64,000 nt of DNA from Cyclobacteriaceae bacterium. Its GTDB lineage: Bacteria > Bacteroidota > Bacteroidia > Cytophagales > Cyclobacteriaceae. Under the pieces are notes generated by a model. That model saw nothing but the letters and a program-made list of their open reading frames with translations, had not been told where the DNA came from and searched no databases. Location of the stretch: contig JBDWQX010000205.1 in assembly GCA_039986395.1 (NCBI GenBank), positions 201-64,200 on the forward strand, written 5' to 3'. The position numbers and the translations under genes are program-made. Below are positions 48,040 to 57,035 of the stretch, one piece after another (the stretch's first letter is position 1; each line of letters starts with the position of its first letter).

Positions 48040-49647
48040 ATGTTTGATATAAAAAAGATAACACGTCCAAACATCCAAGCACTAAAACCCTATCAAAGTG
48101 CAAGAGATGAGTTTGAGGGTCTAGCAGAGATCTCTCTGGATGCAAATGAAAATCCTTTCGGATTTGGCTTGAATCGCTACCCTGATGCTTCAATGAATAA
48201 ACTAAAGTCGGCATTTGGGAACTTCAGGAATATTTCAAACGATCACCTGATTTTCGGAAATGGAAGCGACGAGATCATTGACCTTTTGATTCGATCCATT
48301 TGCTCCCCGGGCAAAGACAGCATCCTGATTTTCCCTCCTACATTTGGAATGTACCGTGTTTGTGCAGACGTCAACAATGTTGCAGTAGTTGAAGAGAGCC
48401 TTACCAAGGACTTTCAGATTGATTTTGAGGCATTGCAACCCAAACTTGACGATCCAAACCTCAAGATCATATTCATCTGCTCTCCCAACAATCCTACTGG
48501 GGGTAAAATGAAAAATGATACAGTGATCAAGATTGCAAAGAGTTTCAGTGGTTTGGTTGTTGTTGACGAAGCGTACATAGATTTCTCAGAAGGAAGTTTA
48601 GTAGATCAGGAGGTTCCTAACCTCTTTATTCTGCAAACCTTCAGCAAGGCGATGGGTTTGGCTGGAATGCGGCTGGGCGTAGGCATTGGCAGTCCAGAGG
48701 TTATAGGCGTCTTGAATAAGGTAAAAGCTCCTTATAATGTTAATTCCCTCACTCAGCAAAAAGCAATTGATGCACTGAGCAGGCCAGAAGAGATTAAGAA
48801 GCAGACACAGCTACTAATTTCTGAGAGAGAGAAAACAAAAGATCTGCTGCAATCCATCGAGGGTGTGAAAACTGTCTATCCCTCTGAGGCCAATTTTCTG
48901 TTAGTGGAATTCAAGGATTCAAAGGCAACGTATGAAAAGCTCTTAAAAAGTGGTGTTGTGGTTCGTGATCGCTCTTCTCAGGTTTCCAATACGCTGCGAA
49001 TAAGTATCGGGACACCAGCAGAAAATAAGAAATTGATTGCAGCTCTGTGTGGCGAGATCTATGCCAGCAACGATCGAATTGGAAGATCCATTCGAACAAC
49101 CTCTGAAACTCAGATTTTAGCTGAGATTAATTTGGATAATGCATCCAATACGGCCATATCTACAGGTGTTGCATTTTTCGATCATATGTTGGAACAAATT
49201 GCCCGACATGGCGGAATAGGCCTAAACATACACGTAAAAGGAGACTTGCAAATCGATGCTCACCACACAATAGAAGATACCGCACTTGCACTGGGGGCAG
49301 CATTTGACCAGGCTCTAGGGCAACGAAAAGACATCGAACGATACGGTTTTTTACTTCCGATGGACGATTGTCTTGCTCAGGTAGCCATTGATTTTGGCGG
49401 ACGACCATGGCTTGAATGGAAGGCAGATTTCAAGGCAACCCACTTCGGCCAAATGCCAAGTGAGATGTCCTCGCACTTTTTTAAGTCCTTTTCAGATACG
49501 GCGAGGTGCAACTTGAACATTAAGGCCGAGGGTGATAATGATCATCACAAGATTGAATCCATATTCAAGGCTTTCGCCAGGGCAATAAAAATGGCTATCA
49601 GAAAAGATGAAAGTGGGGTTGTACCGAGCACCAAGGGAGTTCTATAA
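48040..49647 (+). CDS. hisC-hisB: fusion protein: histidinol-phosphate aminotransferase (HisC) plus imidazoleglycerol-phosphate dehydratase (HisB dehydratase domain)
   Basis: Single 535-aa ORF. Residues 1 to ~345 are a class-II aminotransferase with the PLP lysine context (QTFSKAMGLAGMRLG). Residues ~350-535 are IGPD with both metal motifs (IDAHHTIED, GDNDHHKIES). No HAD or PHP phosphatase segment is present. Confidence 0.9.
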   Translation: MFDIKKITRPNIQALKPYQSARDEFEGLAEISLDANENPFGFGLNRYPDASMNKLKSAFGNFRNISNDHLIFGNGSDEIIDLLIRSICSPGKDSILIFPPTFGMYRVCADVNNVAVVEESLTKDFQIDFEALQPKLDDPNLKIIFICSPNNPTGGKMKNDTVIKIAKSFSGLVVVDEAYIDFSEGSLVDQEVPNLFILQTFSKAMGLAGMRLGVGIGSPEVIGVLNKVKAPYNVNSLTQQKAIDALSRPEEIKKQTQLLISEREKTKDLLQSIEGVKTVYPSEANFLLVEFKDSKATYEKLLKSGVVVRDRSSQVSNTLRISIGTPAENKKLIAALCGEIYASNDRIGRSIRTTSETQILAEINLDNASNTAISTGVAFFDHMLEQIARHGGIGLNIHVKGDLQIDAHHTIEDTALALGAAFDQALGQRKDIERYGFLLPMDDCLAQVAIDFGGRPWLEWKADFKATHFGQMPSEMSSHFFKSFSDTARCNLNIKAEGDNDHHKIESIFKAFARAIKMAIRKDESGVVPSTKGVL

Positions 49648-49673
49648 ATTTAAAAATTGACCAATAAAGAATT

Positions 49674-50252
49674 GTGATAGGAGTAGTAAAATACAATGCA
49701 GGAAATATCAGATCGCTGATCAATGCACTTGACCGGTTAGACGTTGAGTCTATACTGACAGATGACCCGGAGGCATTGAAATCTGCTGAAAAAGTGATTT
49801 TTCCAGGAGTTGGCGAAGCAAATTCTGCCATGCGTTTCCTAAAAGAAAAGGGTCTTGATGAAGTACTTAAATCTCTAACCCAGCCTTTTCTTGGCATTTG
49901 TCTGGGCATGCAGCTGATGTGTGAGTACTCAGAGGAGAACGACACGTCATGTCTGGGGATATTCGATGAGGCCGTTCGGCGGTTTCCGTCTGGAAAGGTA
50001 GTACCGCATATGGGATGGAATAACTTTGTTTGCCACGGTGGCCCTCTTTTCGAAGGAATTTCTACGGTTGACAATATGTATTTCGTTCACAGTTATTTTG
50101 TGGAACTCGGGCAAGATTCAATAGCAACCACGGATTATATTCTTCCATTTTCATCAGGACTTCACAAGGATAATTTCTATGGTGTTCAATTTCACCCGGA
50201 AAAATCAGCGGAGATTGGAGGGCAATTATTGAAGAATTTTCTGAAAATATGA
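49674..50252 (+). CDS. hisH: imidazole glycerol phosphate synthase, glutamine amidotransferase subunit
   Basis: 192 aa with a GTG start. The catalytic Cys context is GICLGMQ and the C-terminal motif is GVQFHPEKS. Confidence 0.9.
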   Translation: MIGVVKYNAGNIRSLINALDRLDVESILTDDPEALKSAEKVIFPGVGEANSAMRFLKEKGLDEVLKSLTQPFLGICLGMQLMCEYSEENDTSCLGIFDEAVRRFPSGKVVPHMGWNNFVCHGGPLFEGISTVDNMYFVHSYFVELGQDSIATTDYILPFSSGLHKDNFYGVQFHPEKSAEIGGQLLKNFLKI

Positions 50253-50293
50253 GCGATTTCCTTTTGAAGTCTGTGTGTTCACTCCATGGAATA

Positions 50294-50354
50294 CTGTCAT
50301 GCTGACGCAGGAAGCATCTTCATGGAGATCCTTCACATTCGTTCAGGATGACAG
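50294..50354. repeat. 61-bp REP/MITE-like palindromic element in the hisH-hisA spacer
   Basis: The termini CTGTCATGCTGACG (50294-50307) and CGTTCAGGATGACAG (50340-50354) are inverted copies. The inner motifs GAAGCATC and GGAGATCCTTCAC resemble repeats common in Bacteroidetes intergenic DNA. Confidence 0.7.
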
Positions 50355-50393
50355 CCAGATCAAATATTTCGTATATATCAAAAAAATGTCCTC

Positions 50394-51107
50394 ATGAGAA
50401 TTATCCCCGCCATCGACATTATAGAAGGAAAGTGCGTCCGCCTCTCCAAGGGTGACTACAACACCAAAAAAATTTACAATGAGGACCCACTAGAAGTTGC
50501 TAAATCTTTTGAAGATTCTGGATTGCGGCACCTGCATTTGGTAGACCTTGATGGAGCGAAAGCCAAAAAGATCGTCCATTGGAAAGTGCTAGAAAAACTA
50601 GCTTCGCGAACAAATTTGATCATCGATTTTGGTGGCGGAATTCAGGCAAACGAAGACTTAAAGATTGCATTTGAAAGCGGTGCGGAACAGATCACAGGTG
50701 GAAGCATCGCGGTAAAAGATCCAGATGTTTTCGAAAGATGGCTCCTAGCCTACGGACCTGAGAAGATCATTCTTGGTGCAGATGCTCTAGATGATAACAT
50801 CGCGGTTTCGGGTTGGCAAGAAAGCACGCAGGAACCAATTGGAAATTTCATAAAAGGATACGTTGCAAAGGGAATTGAATACGTGATCTCCACTGATATT
50901 TCCAAAGATGGAATGCTTGAAGGCCCATCATTTGATCTGTATGAAAAGATATTGAGTGAATTGCCAAAACTAAAATTGATCGCAAGCGGTGGAGTTTCGA
51001 CGGTAGATGACTTGGTAAAGCTCAGTGAAATGGGATTGGATGGAGCGATCTTGGGTAAGGCGATTTATGAGAATAGAATTAGTTTGAAGGAATTGGGTGG
51101 GTTCTAA
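50394..51107 (+). CDS. hisA: 1-(5-phosphoribosyl)-5-[(5-phosphoribosylamino)methylideneamino]imidazole-4-carboxamide isomerase
   Basis: 237 aa. [17 protein letters not shown]... and GGGI...SGGV are typical TIM-barrel HisA motifs. Confidence 0.95.
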   Translation: MRIIPAIDIIEGKCVRLSKGDYNTKKIYNEDPLEVAKSFEDSGLRHLHLVDLDGAKAKKIVHWKVLEKLASRTNLIIDFGGGIQANEDLKIAFESGAEQITGGSIAVKDPDVFERWLLAYGPEKIILGADALDDNIAVSGWQESTQEPIGNFIKGYVAKGIEYVISTDISKDGMLEGPSFDLYEKILSELPKLKLIASGGVSTVDDLVKLSEMGLDGAILGKAIYENRISLKELGGF

Positions 51108-51170
51108 CTCACCCCTGAATTTCTCCGAAATTCTTTCCCCTCTCTTCAAAGAGAGGGGTTAGGGGAGAGT
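51107..51170. repeat. nested GC-rich palindromic element in the hisA-hisF spacer
   Basis: The outer arms are ACTCACCCCT (51107-51116) and AGGGGAGAGT (51161-51170), 9/10 complementary. The inner hairpin is CCCCTCTC-TTCAAA-GAGAGGGG (51137-51158). Confidence 0.7.
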
Positions 51171-51178
51171 TAAAAATT

Positions 51179-51937
51179 ATGACACTAAAAAAAAGAATCA
51201 TTCCTTGTCTCGACATCAAAGATGGAGAGACCGTGAAAGGAGTCAATTTCGTTGACATTCGGTCGGCTGGTGATCCAGTTGAGTTGGCAAAACGCTACGT
51301 AAAAGAAGGTGCGGACGAACTTGTATTTCTCGATATCACAGCTACCATTGAAGGCCGTAAAACCTTTATTAAGCTTGTTCAAAGAATCTCGAAGGAGATT
51401 AATATTCCATTTACCGTTGGTGGTGGAATAAGCACAATCGAAGATGCCAAATCTTTACTAAATGCTGGTGCAGATAAAATCAGTGTCAACTCTGCAGCCG
51501 TTCGAAGACCTTCATTGATTAGCGACATAGCTATGGAATTTGGTAGTCAATTTCTGGTTGTCGCAATTGACGCAGGATTGGTTGATAATAATTGGAAAGT
51601 TTTTGTAAAAGGAGGTAGAGAAGCGACAGAGCATGATGTTCTCGAATGGGGACAAACTGTGGAATCTCAAGGTGCTGGCGAGATACTTCTAACCTCCATG
51701 CAACATGATGGAACGAAACGGGGCTTTGCCATTGAGCTTACTAACCAGCTAACAGAATTGCTATCTATTCCTGTGATTGCATCAGGTGGTGCCGGTTCAA
51801 AGCAGCACTTCACAGAAGTTTTCGAAAAAACCAGAGCAACGGGAGCCCTTGCTGCCAGCGTTTTTCACTTTGGAGAAATTTCCATTCCGGAGCTAAAACA
51901 ATTTCTAAAAGAAGATAATATAAGTGTAAGATTTTAA
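51179..51937 (+). CDS. hisF: imidazole glycerol phosphate synthase, cyclase subunit
   Basis: 252 aa. [12 protein letters not shown]...[12 protein letters not shown]...TVGGGI... are canonical HisF motifs. Confidence 0.95.
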   Translation: MTLKKRIIPCLDIKDGETVKGVNFVDIRSAGDPVELAKRYVKEGADELVFLDITATIEGRKTFIKLVQRISKEINIPFTVGGGISTIEDAKSLLNAGADKISVNSAAVRRPSLISDIAMEFGSQFLVVAIDAGLVDNNWKVFVKGGREATEHDVLEWGQTVESQGAGEILLTSMQHDGTKRGFAIELTNQLTELLSIPVIASGGAGSKQHFTEVFEKTRATGALAASVFHFGEISIPELKQFLKEDNISVRF

Positions 51938-51989
51938 CAGAGAAGACGGTATTTGCAAATCAATATTCAAAAATGAACTATAAATTCCA

Positions 51990-52577
51990 ATGACAAATTC
52001 AACAGCTACTCTCATTCCAACAATTATTCAGCATGCACAAACCAATCAGGTGCTGATGCTTGGATACATGAATGACGAATCGTTGGCCAAGACGAAAGAT
52101 GAAGGGAAGGTAACCTTTTTCAGCAGGTCAAAGCAGCGACTTTGGACCAAGGGAGAGACATCGGGAAATTTTCTGAATGTAGTCTCTATTCAAGCAGACT
52201 GCGATCAAGATACCTATTTGATCAAGGTGCTGCCAGAGGGAGAAACCTGCCACAAAGGAACCTACACCTGTTTTGGTGAGAAAGAGTCCAATGGATTCTT
52301 GTATGAGCTGCAAGGAGTAATAAATGAGCGAAAAAACAACCCAAGTAACAAGTCGTACACCACAGAATTATTTGAAAAAGGAACCAAGAAAATAGCACAG
52401 AAGGTAGGTGAAGAAGCTACAGAAGTGATTCTTGAAGCAATGGATAACAAGAAAGATTTATTACTCGAAGAATCTTCCGATTTGCTCTACCATTTCTTAG
52501 TGCTGCTAGCGGATCAGAATTTGAAATTAGAAGATGTAGAAGACAAGTTGATGGAACGACAACAACGGAAGCGTTGA
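51990..52577 (+). CDS. hisIE: bifunctional phosphoribosyl-AMP cyclohydrolase / phosphoribosyl-ATP diphosphatase
   Basis: 195 aa. The HisI part is WTKGETSGNFL...DCDQD...C. The HisE part is ELFEKGTKKIAQKVGEEATEV...ESSDLLYHFLVLL. Confidence 0.9.
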   Translation: MTNSTATLIPTIIQHAQTNQVLMLGYMNDESLAKTKDEGKVTFFSRSKQRLWTKGETSGNFLNVVSIQADCDQDTYLIKVLPEGETCHKGTYTCFGEKESNGFLYELQGVINERKNNPSNKSYTTELFEKGTKKIAQKVGEEATEVILEAMDNKKDLLLEESSDLLYHFLVLLADQNLKLEDVEDKLMERQQRKR

Positions 52578-52581
52578 AACT

Positions 52582-52944
52582 CTAGTCTACCGGAAAAGGC
52601 ACAAACACAAAATTGGTAAACTTCTCGTCAATCACGAATAGGCAACAAAATTCATCCGGGTCTTTGTAGTTGCCTTTAAAAATTTCTTCATTCTCTACCA
52701 CTCCACGCTGCACAAATTCTTCTAGGAAAGAGGCATAGTAATGCCAATCATTCTCAGCCTGATATTTTTCCATCAATACCTGTCCTATGGGCTGATTGAC
52801 TTGACACATTGGAAAAATCGGGTGATCTGAAAACCCTTGCTTTCTAATAGCATAGGATGCCTCTCTCAGTGGTTCGAAGACTTTCACAAAGTCTGAAGAA
52901 ATGCTTCCTAAATACTTCGGATCTAATTCCGGATCGTTTTCCAT
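52582..52944 (-). CDS. hypothetical protein
   Basis: 120-aa ORF with an ATG start and no recognised domain. Its compact spacing to neighbouring genes supports coding. Confidence 0.55.
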   Translation of the reverse strand: MENDPELDPKYLGSISSDFVKVFEPLREASYAIRKQGFSDHPIFPMCQVNQPIGQVLMEKYQAENDWHYYASFLEEFVQRGVVENEEIFKGNYKDPDEFCCLFVIDEKFTNFVFVPFPVD

Positions 52945-52999
52945 GCTGCAATTTTAGGTTATTTCAATACTGGTTTTTCGATTTCTACCAATTAACTAT

Positions 53000-54400
53000 T
53001 CAAGTAGACTTCAATTCCAGCAGCACAACATTCTCCACATGCTGCGTCTGAGGGAACATATCCACAGGTTGAATCTTCGTCACTTTGTATGACTCACCAA
53101 GAACCTGAAGATCACGTGCCTGCGTCGCTGAATTACAGCTCACGTAGACAATTTTATCAACTTTTAGTTCAGCAAGAAGCTGTGTCACTTTGGGATGCAT
53201 CCCAGCTCTTGGAGGATCGGTAATGATGACGTCAGGCTTTCCATGCTCATTAACAAATTCGTTTGCCAGCATATCTTTCATATCACCAGCAAAAAATTCT
53301 GTATTGGAAATTTCATTGAGCTCCGAGTTCAGTTTTGCATCCACAATAGCTTCTTCTACAGACTCAATACCAATTACTTTTTTGGCCTTTCGAGCAACGA
53401 AATTGGCAATAGTGCCAGTTCCAGTATATAGGTCATAAACCAATTCATCTCCTTTCAAATCAGCAAAATCAGCAGCAATCTTGTAAAGCTCATGAGCTTG
53501 CACAGAATTGGTTTGGTAAAAAGACTTAGGGCCAATCCTGAACTTCAGGTCATCCATTTGCTCCAAAATATGATCTTCTCCATCAAAGTGCTTCACTTCT
53601 AAATCATAGAATGAATCATTTCCCTTTTCGTTAACAACATACATCAGTGAGGTGATCTCCGGGAATGTTCTCTTTAGAAAACCCAATACCTGCGTAATCA
53701 TCTCCTGATCATTTTTGAAAACCTGAAGAATGACCATCAAATCTCCGTTTGTAGATGTTCGAATAATCAAATTTCTTAACAGACCAGTTTGCTTCTTCAA
53801 ATCGAAAAATTCAATTCCATTCTCATCCGCATACTTCTTGAGTGCCACGCGAATTTCATTGGAGGAATCTGATTGAAGAAAACATTTGTTGATGTCTAAG
53901 ATCTTGTCAAACCTTCCCGGAATATGAAACCCTAGCCCCGTTCGAATATGTTCCTCCTCTGAATCAATTTCTTCTTTTGTCAGCCATCGGAAGTTTGAGA
54001 AGGTATACTCCAGCTTGTTTCGGTAGTACGTCGTGTTAGCTGATCTCAGAATCGGTTCCGAGGGTGGCAACTCCAGTCCGCTCAATTTCCTCAGGTTTTC
54101 AGAAACATGTTCCTGTTTAAACTTTAGTTGAGCTTCGTAGCTCATATGTTGCCATTTACATCCGCCGCAAAGTCCAAAATGTTCGCAAAAAGGTTCAGCC
54201 CTATCTTCTGAGTATGTATCGAAACTTGTTGGGATAGCCTGTAAAAACTTTTTCTTCCTCCCAGTCACCTTGGCCTCCACCACATCTCCAGGAACGGTAT
54301 CTTTAATAAAAACCACTTGCCCATCTACTTTACCAACTCCTTTGCCTTCGGATGAGATGCCTGTGATTTCCAATTTTTCGAGAATCGTTCCTTTCTTCAT
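53000..54400 (-). CDS. rlmD: 23S rRNA (uracil-C5)-methyltransferase RlmD/RumA family
   Basis: 466 aa with a TRAM domain and the 4Fe-4S cysteines (CEHFGLCGGCKWQH). It also has the SAM-binding motif DLYTGTGTIA and the catalytic region (DPPRAGM ... VYVSCN). Confidence 0.9.
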   Translation of the reverse strand: MKKGTILEKLEITGISSEGKGVGKVDGQVVFIKDTVPGDVVEAKVTGRKKKFLQAIPTSFDTYSEDRAEPFCEHFGLCGGCKWQHMSYEAQLKFKQEHVSENLRKLSGLELPPSEPILRSANTTYYRNKLEYTFSNFRWLTKEEIDSEEEHIRTGLGFHIPGRFDKILDINKCFLQSDSSNEIRVALKKYADENGIEFFDLKKQTGLLRNLIIRTSTNGDLMVILQVFKNDQEMITQVLGFLKRTFPEITSLMYVVNEKGNDSFYDLEVKHFDGEDHILEQMDDLKFRIGPKSFYQTNSVQAHELYKIAADFADLKGDELVYDLYTGTGTIANFVARKAKKVIGIESVEEAIVDAKLNSELNEISNTEFFAGDMKDMLANEFVNEHGKPDVIITDPPRAGMHPKVTQLLAELKVDKIVYVSCNSATQARDLQVLGESYKVTKIQPVDMFPQTQHVENVVLLELKST

Positions 54401-54470
54401 GCTGCAAAAATAACGGACTTACCATCTCAAAGCGGAGGGTTTTTTGTAGTTTCATTGTTAATATTCTGAT

Positions 54471-57035
54471 ATGAAGAAGATACTCCTGAGCATACTGTTG
54501 GGGATTTGCTTATTTCCCTCGAATGCCAACCACATTGTGGGCGGAGAAATTGAATTCCTGTACGTGAGCGACGGAGTTTATAGGATCAACCTTATCCAGT
54601 ATTTCGATGAGGCTCAAACGTTAAATCCTGGACCGGAACCAGCTATCAATGTCTATATCTTCAGAAACAGCGACGGTGCTCAAATGTCTATTCACACCTT
54701 ATTTTTAAGTACTCAAGAATTAGTCGAATATACAAATGTCGAGTGCTCCATCGATGAATTGGTAACATCAAGGGTCCTCTGGTCTTCTGAGATTAGTTTG
54801 GATCCAAATCTATACTCAGACCCTGAAGGTTATTACATATCGTGGGAAAGGTGTTGCAGGAATGCCAACATAAAAAATATAGTCAACCCGATTACTGCTG
54901 GAATGACTTACACCGTGGACATTCCACCTCTGATGATAGATGGGAAAGTGTTTGTTAATTCCTCACCCGTTCTATTTAAGCCATTAAGTGACTATGCCTG
55001 CGTTAATCAACTCTACTACATAGAATTTACCGGCATTGATCCTGATGGAGATTCTCTAGTTTACTCCCTTACCACCCCCCTCAATAGTTCTGCTGCAATT
55101 GCGCTACCTACTCCTCAGCCCAAACCTCATGGAAAAGTGGCTTTTAATCCAGGGTTTTCAGAATCAAACATGATACCAGGCAGTAGGCCGTTAGGAATCA
55201 GTACCAAAGGATTGCTCACGGTCACGCCTGCTGAGACAGGCCTTTACGTTTTTTCTGTTCTTGTAGAAGAATACCGAAACGAACAAAAAATTGGTCAAAC
55301 ACGGCGAGATTTTCAGATGCTTGTGGTCGACGGATGTGAACCTCCAGACCCGCCCGTAGTAGATATTGATGTTCCTGGTGACCCAGGATTTGATCCGCTG
55401 ACGGACGTTCTTACTTACACAGTGGCCGATGCAAAGTGTTTTGACTTTCTCGTGGCAAATGTTTCCGATGGTGAAACCATAAGTTTCAGAGCTGAAGGTG
55501 TAAACTTCGACGAGGAACTCAATGATATTTTCCAATTGAACCAGGTCCTGGTAGGAGCTGGTGTAAGTGAATTAAAAATTGAAGTCTGCGTACCGGACTG
55601 TCCTCCAACAAGCGACGGTGCATTTATTCTTGACTTAATAGCAGCGGACAATGCTTGCCCGCTGCCTCAGTTAGACACGCTGAGATTAACCATTGTAGTG
55701 GAGCCACCACCTAACATTTTCCCCTCAAGCACAACCGCTCAGTCTACCGTTATTCAGCAGGAGAGTAATGATCCGATCTACTCTCATCTGATCACTGGAA
55801 TAGATCCGGATGGAGATGATATGCAGATATCTCTCTTAGTGGATGGTGTTGAAGACCCTTCCATTTACGGATTTGGATTGGACACCCTGAGCAGCACTCC
55901 AGGCAACATTCAAGGGCTCTTCACTTGGGATACGAATTGCGAGGCATATGACTTTAGTAGCAATCAACAATTTAGAGTCGGAATCCTGATAGACGACTTG
56001 GACGAGTGTGACGTATCAAATCCTGATACGTTGTTTGTGGACGCAACGGTGATTCTACCATCCAATACAGATCCTGTTGTTTCTTCCAATGTGGTGATCC
56101 CCAGTCAAGTAGAATTGGGCAGTGAAATAAATTTTGATATCTCCGTCTCCGATGCTGACAATGATGATGTGACATTGGCTTTAGTTGGAGGAAATTTCGA
56201 TCCGGGATTCTATGGTGTAGCTTTTCTAGCTGCTGCAGGAAATACAAGCGCGACTTCTTCTTTTTCCTGGAATCTCAGCTGCAACACCTCGCTATTTACG
56301 GATGGACAGCAATTCGAACTGTTATTTGTAGGAGACGATGCTGATAGGTGCAAAGTGAAAAATTTCGATACACTTCGCCACATTCTTGAAGTAAAATATC
56401 CAGAAAACGCAAAGCCCGTTTTTGAAGATATATCCCGACATCAGGTAATACGCGTAAACGAAGAAATCCAAATTGAGATCGAGGCCTTTGACAATGACGG
56501 AGACCAACTTACGCTTGACTTTGCCTCCGGAATCAGACAGCCCTCTTCCAGCAGTTTATTCTTTCAACCCGTAGTGGGAAATGGAAGAGTAACTGGCGTT
56601 TTAGAATGGCAACCTGAATGTTCACTCCTAAGATTTGGTGAAACCAGCACGTTGCAAGATGTTGTTTTTCAGGTTACAGATAATGCCTGTCCCGTCAACA
56701 ATATTGACACGCTGAAAATCACTTTTGAAATTATCGATGATGGTCAAAGGCAAAAAGAGTTTCTTCCTCCGAACGTCTTTACGCCAAATGGTGACGATGT
56801 CAATGACGTGTTTTCCCTAAGTGGACATTCAGATCCTTCTCAGAATCTACCGCCCAATAATTGTGACAACGCGTTCGAATTTATTGTGATCAACAACCGA
56901 GCTGGTAACACCGTATTCAAATCAGAAAACAGGGATTTTGTATGGTCAGGAGGTCAATTTCCGACAGGCGTGTATTACTACCTAATCAAGTACAGCAACA
57001 CAGAGTTCAAGGGGTTCGTGCATCTGCTTAGGTAG
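54471..57035 (+). CDS. large secreted adhesin-like protein with T9SS type-B (gliding-motility-associated) C-terminal sorting domain
   Basis: 854 aa with a signal peptide and repeated Ig/cadherin-like DPDGD motifs. The C-terminus is PNVFTPNGDDVNDVF...GVYYYLIKY.... Confidence 0.85.
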   Translation: MKKILLSILLGICLFPSNANHIVGGEIEFLYVSDGVYRINLIQYFDEAQTLNPGPEPAINVYIFRNSDGAQMSIHTLFLSTQELVEYTNVECSIDELVTSRVLWSSEISLDPNLYSDPEGYYISWERCCRNANIKNIVNPITAGMTYTVDIPPLMIDGKVFVNSSPVLFKPLSDYACVNQLYYIEFTGIDPDGDSLVYSLTTPLNSSAAIALPTPQPKPHGKVAFNPGFSESNMIPGSRPLGISTKGLLTVTPAETGLYVFSVLVEEYRNEQKIGQTRRDFQMLVVDGCEPPDPPVVDIDVPGDPGFDPLTDVLTYTVADAKCFDFLVANVSDGETISFRAEGVNFDEELNDIFQLNQVLVGAGVSELKIEVCVPDCPPTSDGAFILDLIAADNACPLPQLDTLRLTIVVEPPPNIFPSSTTAQSTVIQQESNDPIYSHLITGIDPDGDDMQISLLVDGVEDPSIYGFGLDTLSSTPGNIQGLFTWDTNCEAYDFSSNQQFRVGILIDDLDECDVSNPDTLFVDATVILPSNTDPVVSSNVVIPSQVELGSEINFDISVSDADNDDVTLALVGGNFDPGFYGVAFLAAAGNTSATSSFSWNLSCNTSLFTDGQQFELLFVGDDADRCKVKNFDTLRHILEVKYPENAKPVFEDISRHQVIRVNEEIQIEIEAFDNDGDQLTLDFASGIRQPSSSSLFFQPVVGNGRVTGVLEWQPECSLLRFGETSTLQDVVFQVTDNACPVNNIDTLKITFEIIDDGQRQKEFLPPNVFTPNGDDVNDVFSLSGHSDPSQNLPPNNCDNAFEFIVINNRAGNTVFKSENRDFVWSGGQFPTGVYYYLIKYSNTEFKGFVHLLR

